This document shows positions 9,307 through 18,042 of a stretch of 64,000 bases of DNA, in pieces (position 1 is the first letter of the stretch; every line of letters begins with the position of its first letter). The DNA is taken from the NCBI GenBank assembly GCA_964634305.1, contig CAZWLE010000001.1:1128-65127 (forward strand). The letters run 5' to 3'. Under the pieces are notes generated by a model. The model searched no databases and was not told the DNA's origin. It saw nothing but the letters and a program-made list of their open reading frames with translations. The position numbers were made by a program, and so were the translations under genes. This DNA comes from an uncultured Candidatus Saccharibacteria bacterium. GTDB lineage: Bacteria > Patescibacteriota > Minisyncoccia > Phycocordibacterales > Phycocordibacteraceae.

Positions 9307-9370
9307 TGCTTAGTATAGGAAATGCGGGTGAGGCGTCTATGAATCGTGTGGGATATACTATCGGGAACCT

Positions 9371-10396
9371 ATGGCCCACCAGTCCCTCTATCGCACGTAT
9401 CGCCCTCAGAAATTCTCCGACGTAGCGGGGCAGCCGGAAGTCGTAACTGTCCTCACCGAGCAGATAAAGGAGAAGACGGTTGCGCACGCATACTTGTTTG
9501 CGGGGTCGCGTGGTCTTGGTAAGACCTCAGTAGCTCGTATCTTCGCTAAAGAATTGGGCGTCACCGATAAAGACCTGTACGAAATAGATGCAGCCTCTAA
9601 TAACAGCGTCGATGGTATCCGTGACCTTACGGAAAACGTACTCACGCTTCCCTTTGAATCTCCCTACAAATGCTATTTGCTTGACGAAGCGCACATGCTC
9701 TCAAAAGGCGCGTGGAATGCGTTCCTGAAGACACTTGAAGAACCACCTGCGTACGCGCTCTTTATTCTTGCAACGACAGAACTCGATAAGGTGCCTGAGA
9801 CGGTACAGAGTCGCTGCCAAGTCTTTGAGTTTAAAAAGCCAACGCGTGACGGCCTTGCCACGGTTGTTGAGAAAATAGCTAAGAAGGAAGGATACGTGCT
9901 TGAAGCGGGAGTAGCTGACCTGGTCGCTTTACTTGCCGACGGGTCGTATCGCGACGCGCTCTCTATACTCGAGAAACTCTTCTCTGTCGCACATGATAAG
10001 ACCGTAAGTCGCGCAGAAGCAGAGAAGGCGACAGGAGCGCCAAAACAGGCACTCGTCATTACCCTTCTGTCTGCGCTTTCTGAAGGGAAGGCCGATGGCG
10101 CACTCATGGCAATACGCAAGGCTGCTGACGGCGGCGTTGATATGCGTCTCTACCTCTCGTTGGTGCTCGACGCGATGCGTTCTGTGCTTCTTCTTCGCCA
10201 CGCGCCAGAGCTCGCAAAAGAGATTGAAGCTGAGTCAGGTGAAGCCTTTACTGAACTGTCTGCGCTTGCAAAGGGAACCGGTATCACGCACGAGACCTTG
10301 AAACGGTTCCTTGATGCGGCAGCACGTGTACGTTACTCCCCTGTTCCCGCGCTCCCGCTCGAGTTAGCAACACTAGAAAGTATTGGACATGGCTAA
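9371..10396 (+). CDS. dnaX: DNA polymerase III subunit gamma/tau (short form)
   Basis: LYRTYRPQKF, GSRGLGKTS, EIDAAS, DEAHMLS, LKTLEEPP, SRC. Confidence 0.95.
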   Translation: MAHQSLYRTYRPQKFSDVAGQPEVVTVLTEQIKEKTVAHAYLFAGSRGLGKTSVARIFAKELGVTDKDLYEIDAASNNSVDGIRDLTENVLTLPFESPYKCYLLDEAHMLSKGAWNAFLKTLEEPPAYALFILATTELDKVPETVQSRCQVFEFKKPTRDGLATVVEKIAKKEGYVLEAGVADLVALLADGSYRDALSILEKLFSVAHDKTVSRAEAEKATGAPKQALVITLLSALSEGKADGALMAIRKAADGGVDMRLYLSLVLDAMRSVLLLRHAPELAKEIEAESGEAFTELSALAKGTGITHETLKRFLDAAARVRYSPVPALPLELATLESIGHG

Positions 10397-11297
10397 GGTG
10401 GTTAGAGCGGTACGGCTACTCGCAGCGACAGTGTTCGCGGGCGTGTCGCTTTTTGCGCTCTACACCCTTGCAGCGCCGCATCTCGCTCCTCCGTGTGAAC
10501 AGCCTATTGAGTATGTAATAGGTGAGGTCGATGCACGTTTTGGTATTTCTGAGGCAACGTTGCGTACCAGTCTCCAGAATGCGGCTGCAGTATGGAATGA
10601 AGCGGCGGGACGCGTTGTGGTAACCGCCTCCGATGATGGAAAGGGTATGCCGGTACATCTTTTGTATGGCGACGAACAACGTGCCGCACAGTTAGGTAAC
10701 ACGATTGATGCGGAGCAAGCTGCGTACGACGCCAAGAAGGCAGAGCTAGCGGACATGAAAGAGACGTTCGCTTCATTGCGACGTTCGTATGTTGCACAAC
10801 AGAATGCGTACGAACGTGAGCTTGACGCGTATGAAGCAGATATCCGCTATTGGAATGAACGGGGCGGCGCACCACCTGCGGAATATCAAGAACTACAACA
10901 GCGCTCTCGAGACCTTGATAGAGACCGTGATGCATTAAACGCTGACGCAGATGAGGTCAGTGCGTACTCTGCACGTATTAATACTGAGGTGGAGGAGTTG
11001 AACGCGCTGGCTCGGAAAATAAACGCGAAAGTGAATGTGTATAACGAAAGTGCCGGTGATGACTTCGACCAGGGAAACTTTGTATCCGACCGGGATGGTA
11101 AGCGCATCTATATCTATGAATACACTGACCGTGCAGATTTAGAGCGTGTGCTTGCTCATGAGTTTGGGCACGCGTTAGGGATTGGGCACGTCGAGAACCC
11201 AAACTCAATTATGTATTCCTTTAACATCGGCGAAGGACTCGACCTTACGGAAGAAGACCAGCTTGCGCTTACGAGCGCGTGCCGCCTTGATAAGTAA
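10389..11297 (+). CDS. Matrixin (M10)-family metalloprotease with signal/TM and coiled-coil insert
   Basis: HEFGHALGIGH zinc motif followed by SIMY Met-turn; N-terminal hydrophobic segment. Confidence 0.85.
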   Translation: MAKVVRAVRLLAATVFAGVSLFALYTLAAPHLAPPCEQPIEYVIGEVDARFGISEATLRTSLQNAAAVWNEAAGRVVVTASDDGKGMPVHLLYGDEQRAAQLGNTIDAEQAAYDAKKAELADMKETFASLRRSYVAQQNAYERELDAYEADIRYWNERGGAPPAEYQELQQRSRDLDRDRDALNADADEVSAYSARINTEVEELNALARKINAKVNVYNESAGDDFDQGNFVSDRDGKRIYIYEYTDRADLERVLAHEFGHALGIGHVENPNSIMYSFNIGEGLDLTEEDQLALTSACRLDK

Positions 11298-11323
11298 GGC
11301 GTCACAGGGCACGATAGGCTCAT

Positions 11324-11394
11324 TGGGAGATCGTCTAATGGTAGGACAGCGGCCTTTGAAGCCGTGAATCTTGGTTCGATTCCAAGTCTCCCAG
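11324..11394 (+). tRNA. tRNA-Gln(TTG)
   Basis: TGGGAGA/TCTCCCA acceptor, GCGGC-CTTTGAA-GCCGT anticodon arm, GGTTCGATTCC; CCA not encoded. Confidence 0.93.
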
Positions 11395-11480
11395 CTAATT
11401 TACGTGAAGTTCGATATCTAGGCTCAAAGAATCTAATCAGCGATGGAAATATTCTGAAGCGCAGACGGAGGCCGATGCGC

Positions 11481-12194
11481 TTATAACCCAAGCGATTTCA
11501 AAAACGTCTCCAGTTCTTTACCTTCAATCTTTCGTACAGCGCCAGGTGGAAGTTTCCCGAGCATAATGTTCATCACTCGTACGCGTTTGAGCGTTTCTAC
11601 GTCGTTATGCATAGCGACGACCATGCGACGTATCTGGTGCCGCTTACCTTCCGTGAGAATAATGGAAAAGGTGCGCTCACCCATAATCTGCACCTTGGCA
11701 GGCTTAGTCATATCATCCTCGATACGAACCCCCTTCTCCATATGCTCTTTAAAGTTTGCACGAAGGGGACGTGAAGTACGCACGACATACTCTTTCTCGT
11801 GTGCACGATTTGGGTTCAGGAGGCGGTCAGTGATGCGACCGTCATTCGTGAGAATGAGTAGACCACTTGAATCCTTATCAAGGCGACCGACTGGGAACAA
11901 TCCTTTCAGTTCTGGTTCATCCTCAATGAGCATAGATATATCCTCTTCATTCTCTACGGCAGAGTGCGTCACGATGCTGCGTGGTTTGTGATAGGCGTAA
12001 TAGACGCGGGTTGCTGCTTTCTTGTCTTTGCCGCGTACCTCAACCTCGTCCGTCTCCATGACCTTATCGCCAAGTGTGGCGAGGCGGCCGTTTATGAATA
12101 CCCGTCCCCCCTCAATAAGCGTGTCCGCTTCACGCCTCGTGGCCACGCCCTTTGAGGCGAGGTATTTATTGATGCGCATCGGATATTCGTCCAT
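11481..12194 (-). CDS. rRNA pseudouridine synthase (RluB/RluF-like, S4 domain)
   Basis: MRINKYLA S4 domain, PVGRLDKDSSGLL, KEY, EGKRHQIRRM. Confidence 0.93.
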   Translation of the reverse strand: MDEYPMRINKYLASKGVATRREADTLIEGGRVFINGRLATLGDKVMETDEVEVRGKDKKAATRVYYAYHKPRSIVTHSAVENEEDISMLIEDEPELKGLFPVGRLDKDSSGLLILTNDGRITDRLLNPNRAHEKEYVVRTSRPLRANFKEHMEKGVRIEDDMTKPAKVQIMGERTFSIILTEGKRHQIRRMVVAMHNDVETLKRVRVMNIMLGKLPPGAVRKIEGKELETFLKSLGL

Positions 12195-12248
12195 AAAGCG
12201 ACTATAGCAGGGCTTTTCGTTCCGCGCTTACCACGCTACGGTGAGAGT

Positions 12249-12491
12249 ATGTACTTCGTGTACCTCATAGAGTGCGCCGATAAGAGTATTTACACCGGCG
12301 TTACGACCGATGTCGCACGACGCTTTGAAGAACATAAGAGTGGAAAGGGTGCGCACTACACGCGTGCACGCAAACCAGTTCGTATTCTCTATAGCGAACC
12401 GCAACCAGACCGCAGTAGCGCGCAAAAACGGGAAGCGCTCATAAAGTCATGGTCTCGAGCGCAAAAGCTCGCATTCCTGAAGAATAGTTGA
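12249..12491 (+). CDS. Small GIY-YIG nuclease-family protein (YazA/UPF0213-like)
   Basis: YFVYLIEC...IYTGVT...RRFEEH..GKGAHYT. Confidence 0.9.
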   Translation: MYFVYLIECADKSIYTGVTTDVARRFEEHKSGKGAHYTRARKPVRILYSEPQPDRSSAQKREALIKSWSRAQKLAFLKNS

Positions 12492-12525
12492 TTTTTACAG
12501 GAGATATGACATAATCAGCACCACT

Positions 12526-12945
12526 ATGCCTGACTATCAGAATCCTCGTTTCAAAAAGCCCTTCCGCAAGGGTCCCCCTATGCGCCGTGACTCACGCGAT
12601 ATGGGTCCTAAAAAGCTCTACAAGGCCGACTGTGCCAACTGTGGGAATGTAACCGAAGTGCCCTTCCGTCCAAACGGCATGAAGCCGGTCTACTGTCGTG
12701 ACTGCTTTAAGCGCGACGATGAACCAATGCGTCCTCGCGATACCCGCACGTTCCATCGTGAGAAGCCTTCGTTCAACACTCGTCCTGTCGCTCCTGCTGC
12801 TGACCCTCGTATTGATGCGCTTGCTCGCCAGCTTGCTGCCGTTGAAGCAAAGCTTGATGGTCTTACGGCACTTATCGAAGATCTTTCGGTAGTTCCGGCG
12901 CCAAAAGCAGCACCTAAAAAGCGCGCAACCAAAAAGAAAGCGTAG
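12526..12945 (+). CDS. CxxC-x17-CxxC zinc-ribbon domain protein
   Basis: CANCG...VPFRP...PVYCRDCF, coiled coil, Lys-rich tail. Confidence 0.85.
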   Translation: MPDYQNPRFKKPFRKGPPMRRDSRDMGPKKLYKADCANCGNVTEVPFRPNGMKPVYCRDCFKRDDEPMRPRDTRTFHREKPSFNTRPVAPAADPRIDALARQLAAVEAKLDGLTALIEDLSVVPAPKAAPKKRATKKKA

Positions 12946-12965
12946 GGCGTGGTAGCGTAGGAGAA

Positions 12966-14453
12966 ATGCCAGGGAAGAATACCAACGAGAGCGCCGGTGC
13001 GCCGCGCGACTTCATAGCCCGCTTCGAAGAGGTTTCCTTCGAATACGGTCATAACTACCCGATTTTGGATGCGGTGAACTTCTCTGTGCGTCGCGGTATG
13101 AAGGTGACGGTTATGGGTCAAAACGGCGCGGGGAAGTCGACGCTGTTTAAACTCATTTCTGGCGAGTATGAACCAGAACACGGCACGATAACGATTCCGC
13201 GCGGCACGTCGATTGCTATCGCGCATCAAGTCATGCCGCCGGCACTTCGTGAGAAGACTGTGCGTGAGTTTTTCGAAGCATCGTTTAGTGAGAAGGTGTA
13301 TGACATCGACCCGCGTATTGATGCGGTGCTTGAGGTCGTTAACCTCGTTGCAGCAAAAGACCGCATCATTCGCTCCTTCTCAGGTGGTCAGCAGGCACGT
13401 CTCCTGCTTGCAGGAGCGCTTATTCAAAATCCAGACCTCCTTCTTCTTGATGAGCCGACCAACAATCTTGATAAAGCAGGCATTGAGCATCTCACAACGT
13501 TCTTGAAGGCCTACGAAAAGACCGTACTGGTCATTTCCCACGATGCTGAGTTCCTCAACTCGTTCACGGACGGCATTCTCTATCTAGATGTATATACCCG
13601 TAAGGTTGAGCAGTATTTTGGCAACTACTTTGACCTTCAGAAAGAAATTCTTGCGCGTATTGAGCGTGAGAATCGAAAGAATGCGCAGTTTGCAAAGAAG
13701 ATTCAGGAGAACAAGGACAAGATTAACTACTTTGCGGCAAAGGGAGGAAAGATGCGTCTTATCGCAAAGAAGCTGCGCGATGAGGTTGAACAAATGGAAG
13801 AGGACAAAGTGGATGTGCGCCGTGAAGATAAAACTATTCGGCCATTCACCATTCCAGTACAAGACGACATTCAGGGCGACATTCTCTCTATAACGTCGTG
13901 CACCTACATGGACCCAAAGACGCACAAGCCAAAAGTCCATAAAAAGAGCCTAGCGCTCCGTAAGAACAAGCACCTTCTACTCTCGGGACCAAACGGCATA
14001 GGAAAGACGACGCTGCTTGAGGCGCTCGCTAATGGCACGGCTGAAGGTGCGTCCATACAACGCGGCATTAAAGTTGGCTACTACCGTCAGGATTTCTCAA
14101 CGCTCAATTTCAATGAGACCGTGTTTGAATCCCTTATGAGCGCAATGAAGAAGCAAAACGAAGAGCGTATGCGCTCTGTTGCTGCCGGGTTCCTTATAAC
14201 GGGAGACGTCATTGGAAAAAAGATTGGCGTATTGTCGGAAGGTCAGAAAGCACTCGTGGCATTCGCGCGCCTTATGCTCGAAGAACCAGGTCTCCTTATT
14301 CTTGATGAGCCAACCAACCACGTGAACTTCCGTCACCTGCCGGTTATTGCCAAAGCACTCGATGAATATCAGGGTGCTATGGTCCTTGTAAGTCACGTAC
14401 CAGAATTCGTCGCGGAGATTCGTATCGACGAGACCCTCGAGCTCGGAACGTAG
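12966..14453 (+). CDS. ABC-F family ATPase
   Basis: Two NBDs (GQNGAGKS/FSGGQ/LDEPTN; GPNGIGKT/LSEGQ/LDEPTN), no TM. Confidence 0.93.
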   Translation: MPGKNTNESAGAPRDFIARFEEVSFEYGHNYPILDAVNFSVRRGMKVTVMGQNGAGKSTLFKLISGEYEPEHGTITIPRGTSIAIAHQVMPPALREKTVREFFEASFSEKVYDIDPRIDAVLEVVNLVAAKDRIIRSFSGGQQARLLLAGALIQNPDLLLLDEPTNNLDKAGIEHLTTFLKAYEKTVLVISHDAEFLNSFTDGILYLDVYTRKVEQYFGNYFDLQKEILARIERENRKNAQFAKKIQENKDKINYFAAKGGKMRLIAKKLRDEVEQMEEDKVDVRREDKTIRPFTIPVQDDIQGDILSITSCTYMDPKTHKPKVHKKSLALRKNKHLLLSGPNGIGKTTLLEALANGTAEGASIQRGIKVGYYRQDFSTLNFNETVFESLMSAMKKQNEERMRSVAAGFLITGDVIGKKIGVLSEGQKALVAFARLMLEEPGLLILDEPTNHVNFRHLPVIAKALDEYQGAMVLVSHVPEFVAEIRIDETLELGT

Positions 14454-14524
14454 TAGCACATCGCGCCACGTGTGGTACCGTTCTCTTACGGTCGTTCTTA
14501 CTCACCCCCTAAACCAAATCCACC

Positions 14525-14620
14525 ATGGACGGAGACCAGAATCAGCCGACGGAGGGTGAAGTCGTTGAAACGCCTGTTGAGGCAGAAACGGCAGCCCCTG
14601 AGGCAGCACCCGAGGCGTAA
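14525..14620 (+). CDS. Putative 31-aa acidic peptide (MDGDQNQPTEGEVVETPVEAETAAPEAAPEA)
   Basis: A/C-rich leader, ATG 14525, TAA 14620, followed by strong terminator. Confidence 0.55.
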   Translation: MDGDQNQPTEGEVVETPVEAETAAPEAAPEA

Positions 14621-14636
14621 GCCTCGCGAACGCGAT

Positions 14637-14672
14637 ACACAAAAGGACGCTCTTCGGAGCGTCCTTTTGTGT
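14637..14672. terminator. Intrinsic terminator (bidirectional)
   Basis: ACACAAAAGGACGCTC-TTCG-GAGCGTCCTTTTGTGT perfect inverted repeat. Confidence 0.85.
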
Positions 14673-14690
14673 TGAGATATACTGGTGGCC

Positions 14691-15227
14691 ATGAGAATTG
14701 GGATGGGCTCGTTGAATAAGACTAAGCTTGAAGCGCTTGAGAGCGTTCTTGCTGACTATCTGCTGTTTAGAAAAGCGGAAGTGGTCGGCGTGGATGCGGT
14801 CACTGATGTTAATGGTCACCCAAAATCGTTGGAGGAAACCATTAGTGGTGCGATTGCGCGCGCTAAGAAAGCGCAGGAAGGTAATGTGTATGGATTTGGT
14901 ATTGAGGGCGGTCTTATGGCGGTGCCTTATACCAAGTCTGGCTACATGGAGGTTGCAGCCTGCGCTATTTATGACGGTGCTCAAATTCATCTTGGCCTTT
15001 CACCCGCTCTTGAATGGCCGGGAAAAGTTACGGACTGCATTGTGAACCAGGGTCTGGATGGGAGTGCAGCCATGAAAGCATGCGGTCTTGATAGTGGAGA
15101 AGGAAAATTAGGTGAGCGCGAGGGATTTATAGGCATTGTGACTAAAGGGCGTATAACACGTACGGACTACAATCGTATGGCCGTTATGATGGCGCTCACG
15201 CACCTTGAATTCCCTGAACACTACTAA
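14691..15227 (+). CDS. yjjX: Inosine/xanthosine triphosphatase (YjjX/DUF84 family)
   Basis: GSLNKTK, ETISGAIARA, GIEGG, GFIGIVT..ITR. Confidence 0.85.
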   Translation: MRIGMGSLNKTKLEALESVLADYLLFRKAEVVGVDAVTDVNGHPKSLEETISGAIARAKKAQEGNVYGFGIEGGLMAVPYTKSGYMEVAACAIYDGAQIHLGLSPALEWPGKVTDCIVNQGLDGSAAMKACGLDSGEGKLGEREGFIGIVTKGRITRTDYNRMAVMMALTHLEFPEHY

Positions 15228-15232
15228 TACCT

Positions 15233-15523
15233 ATGCAAGGAGACGTTGAAGACACCCAGAGAGAACTTGCACTGCTGAAAGAGCGCAATGCGCGAGTTGA
15301 AGCGGACAAGGCGTGGGAAACAAGCGTCGTACGTACCGCCTGTGTTTCTCTTCTTATTTACGGCACGGTTGTCCTCGCGCTTGTGGGAATCGGAAATGAT
15401 AATCCGTTTTTGAACGCGCTTATACCCGTGACTGGTTTTATTATCTCGCTCCAATCACTTCCGGTAGTGGAGCGAAAGTGGAAAGAGTGGTACCGTCGCA
15501 AAAAGGACGCCGCAAAGATATGA
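15233..15523 (+). CDS. Small two-TM hypothetical membrane protein
   Basis: ERNARVEADKAWETS followed by two hydrophobic segments; overlaps next ATG. Confidence 0.7.
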   Translation: MQGDVEDTQRELALLKERNARVEADKAWETSVVRTACVSLLIYGTVVLALVGIGNDNPFLNALIPVTGFIISLQSLPVVERKWKEWYRRKKDAAKI

Positions 15524-16071
15524 ACGACGAGGTCATACAGGAAGGAGAGTCGCGGACCGGGACGCACTATATTATCCGCTACCCAACCCAGGACGACCTT
15601 GAAAGTCTCTGGCGATATGCAAATCGACTCTCTCAGGAACGTACCTTTGTGCGTTTCCAAGGAGAAGAACTCACTCTTGAGCAAGAGCAAAAGGCACTTA
15701 CTACCTGGTTGGAGAATAGAGCATCAGGCGAAGCTGCTACCTTGTTTCTTATTGTCGATGGTGAAGTGCAGGGTATTGGGGGAGCTAATCGCCAATCAAG
15801 AACAGAATCACATATAGCTAGTCTCGCGCTTTCCATTGACGCTTCGGTTCGTGGCCAGGGTCTTGGTGAGACGTTGCTGCGCGCAGTGCTTGATGAGGCA
15901 AAGCGCTCAATGAAAGACCTTCGTCTCTTTGTGTTGGAATATAAAGAACCAAATACAACGGCAAAAGCGCTCTACGAGAAGCTCGGGTTCAAGGAGTACG
16001 GACAGCTTCCGGGTGGTACTCAGCAGCGTGGTGAATATGTTGATGCAGTCCTCATGTACAGAGAAGTATGA
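15520..16071 (+). CDS. GNAT-family N-acetyltransferase
   Basis: VRGQGLG acetyl-CoA motif, N..AKALYEKLGF; ATG overlaps upstream stop. Confidence 0.9.
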   Translation: MNDEVIQEGESRTGTHYIIRYPTQDDLESLWRYANRLSQERTFVRFQGEELTLEQEQKALTTWLENRASGEAATLFLIVDGEVQGIGGANRQSRTESHIASLALSIDASVRGQGLGETLLRAVLDEAKRSMKDLRLFVLEYKEPNTTAKALYEKLGFKEYGQLPGGTQQRGEYVDAVLMYREV

Positions 16072-16574
16072 AAGCAAAAGTCATTATTGTTGATGAGAAC
16101 GACGTAGAGATTGGGCTCGCGGAGAGAGATCAATGGGAAATAGGTGCTATTCACCGTGTGTCAGCGCTCTGGCTCACTAATTCAAAAGGTGAGGTACTTC
16201 TTGCAAAGCGAGCGTTAGTGAAGCGCCATCAGCCAGGTAAGTGGGGACCGGCAGCAGCAGGTACGATTGAGGAAGGAGAGACCTATGACTCGAATATTGT
16301 TAAAGAAGCCGAGGAAGAAATCGGAGTAACTCTTTCACTAGAGCAGCTGAGGAAAGGTCCAAAGATACTAAAGGGACCAGATGATAATCGTCGGTTTATT
16401 CAGTGGTACATAGGAACAGCAGAGGTGGCTCTCGAAGATTTGAAACTTCAGGACGATGAAGTATCAGAAGCACGCTGGGTGCCGCTTCCCGAGTTGCTTT
16501 CTTGGATGAAAGAACGTCCAGATGATTTTGTTAAAACCATTCAGGCAGATTTTGTCGCTCAACTATCTGTGTAG
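16068..16574 (+). CDS. NUDIX hydrolase (IPP-isomerase-like fold)
   Basis: IVDEND..IG, HR, GTIEEGE...KEAEEEIG Nudix box. Confidence 0.85.
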   Translation: MKAKVIIVDENDVEIGLAERDQWEIGAIHRVSALWLTNSKGEVLLAKRALVKRHQPGKWGPAAAGTIEEGETYDSNIVKEAEEEIGVTLSLEQLRKGPKILKGPDDNRRFIQWYIGTAEVALEDLKLQDDEVSEARWVPLPELLSWMKERPDDFVKTIQADFVAQLSV

Positions 16575-16576
16575 AT

Positions 16577-17182
16577 ATGAAGGTTCTCGTTGCTACGAAT
16601 AACAAAGGGAAGCTTGAGCGCTATCGAAAGCTTCTACGAGGCACCGACATCACACTTCTTTCTCCAGGAGAGCTTGGTATTACTGCAGTAGACGTTGATG
16701 AGACTGGTGAGACGCTTGCCGAGAACGCGCTTCTTAAAGCACGTGCGTATCTTGGAACCGTTGATTTCCCTATTCTCGCAAATGATACCGGGGTATGGGT
16801 TCAGGGTGAGGGCATGGTAACTACACCAAAACGTTCGGGTCTTGCGGGAGCTGATGAGAGAACCCTCTCTGAAGAGGAAATGGCCACAACTGTTAAAGAT
16901 TTTTGGAAAGGGATAGCGCACAAGTATGGCGGCGAAGTTGATGCGGCGTGGCCGGAAGTATTCGCGCTTATTATGCCAGACGGTACAGAGCGCACCGTTG
17001 AATCGCGTCGTGAGATTATCCTTACCGATAGAGAGTTTGGTCCGTTGCATCTAACGATGCCGCTTCGACCACTCTATATATCAAAAATGACTGGCAAACC
17101 GGCTATTCAGCATACGCTCGAAGAGGAGGATTATGAACTCACGCCAGTACGTGAGGCGCTTCTGTCATTGCTCCATGATTAA
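16577..17182 (+). CDS. Ham1/RdgB-like non-canonical purine NTP pyrophosphatase (divergent)
   Basis: VATNNKGK, ETGETLAENALLKA, NDTG; lacks typical FGYDP/SHR. Confidence 0.75.
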   Translation: MKVLVATNNKGKLERYRKLLRGTDITLLSPGELGITAVDVDETGETLAENALLKARAYLGTVDFPILANDTGVWVQGEGMVTTPKRSGLAGADERTLSEEEMATTVKDFWKGIAHKYGGEVDAAWPEVFALIMPDGTERTVESRREIILTDREFGPLHLTMPLRPLYISKMTGKPAIQHTLEEEDYELTPVREALLSLLHD

Positions 17183-17768
17183 AGCGATACTATTCGACCT
17201 CGACGGCGTGGTAATGGTTGGCCGCGAGAAATACTACAGTGTTCGCTACGCGGAAGAACACGACGTGCCCATTGAGCACGTGAATGAGTTTTTCCTTGGC
17301 CCATTTCGCAAGTGTGTATTTGGCTCCTGTGACCTTAAAGAAGAAATTGAACCATTTCTATCAAAATGGAAATGGACAGGAACTACTGAGGAGTTTCTCG
17401 ATAAATGGTTTGCTGCAGAATCTAAAGTAGACGAGACGGTGCTTGCGACAATCGATGCACTACGTGCAAAAGGATACCGATGCTATATCGCTAGTCGTCA
17501 GGAAAAGTATCGACTTGCCTATCTTCTCGATACCGTGGGACTCCGTGCGCATTTTGACGGATACTTCTCTACCTGTGACATTGGATTTGATAAGCATGAA
17601 CCAGCGTACTGGCATTATGTACGTGCCGAGCTTGGTGTAGCTCCTGAGGAAATACTCTTCTTGGACGATGCTCAGAAGAACATCGACTATGCACGGTCGA
17701 TAGGTGTCGATGCCCACTTCTACGACGGACGCGCGGTACTAGAGCGCGAATTAGCCAAGCTCACGTAA
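17175..17768 (+). CDS. HAD-family phosphatase
   Basis: ILFDLDGV motif I, K, FLDD..KN motif IV. Confidence 0.9.
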   Translation: MIKAILFDLDGVVMVGREKYYSVRYAEEHDVPIEHVNEFFLGPFRKCVFGSCDLKEEIEPFLSKWKWTGTTEEFLDKWFAAESKVDETVLATIDALRAKGYRCYIASRQEKYRLAYLLDTVGLRAHFDGYFSTCDIGFDKHEPAYWHYVRAELGVAPEEILFLDDAQKNIDYARSIGVDAHFYDGRAVLERELAKLT

Positions 17769-17782
17769 GATATACTCCCGAT

Positions 17783-18040
17783 ATGACGGCAGATATTGAA
17801 TCTAAGCAACTTCGGGAACTTCGCGAGATAAGTGATGACATTGAGGTTTTGCGAGAGCAGTCAAAGCCACATGCCTCGTTTGTGCGCGGCATCTTTCATG
17901 GTGCCGGCGCAGTGCTGGGTGGTGTCATCGCGCTTGCGCTCCTTGGATTCTTGCTCGGTGTGCTGGGACTCATCCCGGGATTCGATAAGTTTGAATCGTA
18001 CATGGGCTCTCTCGTACAAGCATTTGAGCACCGCTACTAG
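17783..18040 (+). CDS. Small membrane hypothetical protein
   Basis: FVRGIFHGAGAVLGG hydrophobic segment; TATACT 6 nt upstream of ATG. Confidence 0.7.
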   Translation: MTADIESKQLRELREISDDIEVLREQSKPHASFVRGIFHGAGAVLGGVIALALLGFLLGVLGLIPGFDKFESYMGSLVQAFEHRY

Positions 18041-18042
18041 CC

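Noticed and set aside
9199-9310. SRP RNA (ffs/scr often lies upstream of dnaX)
   Set aside because: The conserved domain IV motif (CAGG..GGAA..AGCAG) is absent on both strands.
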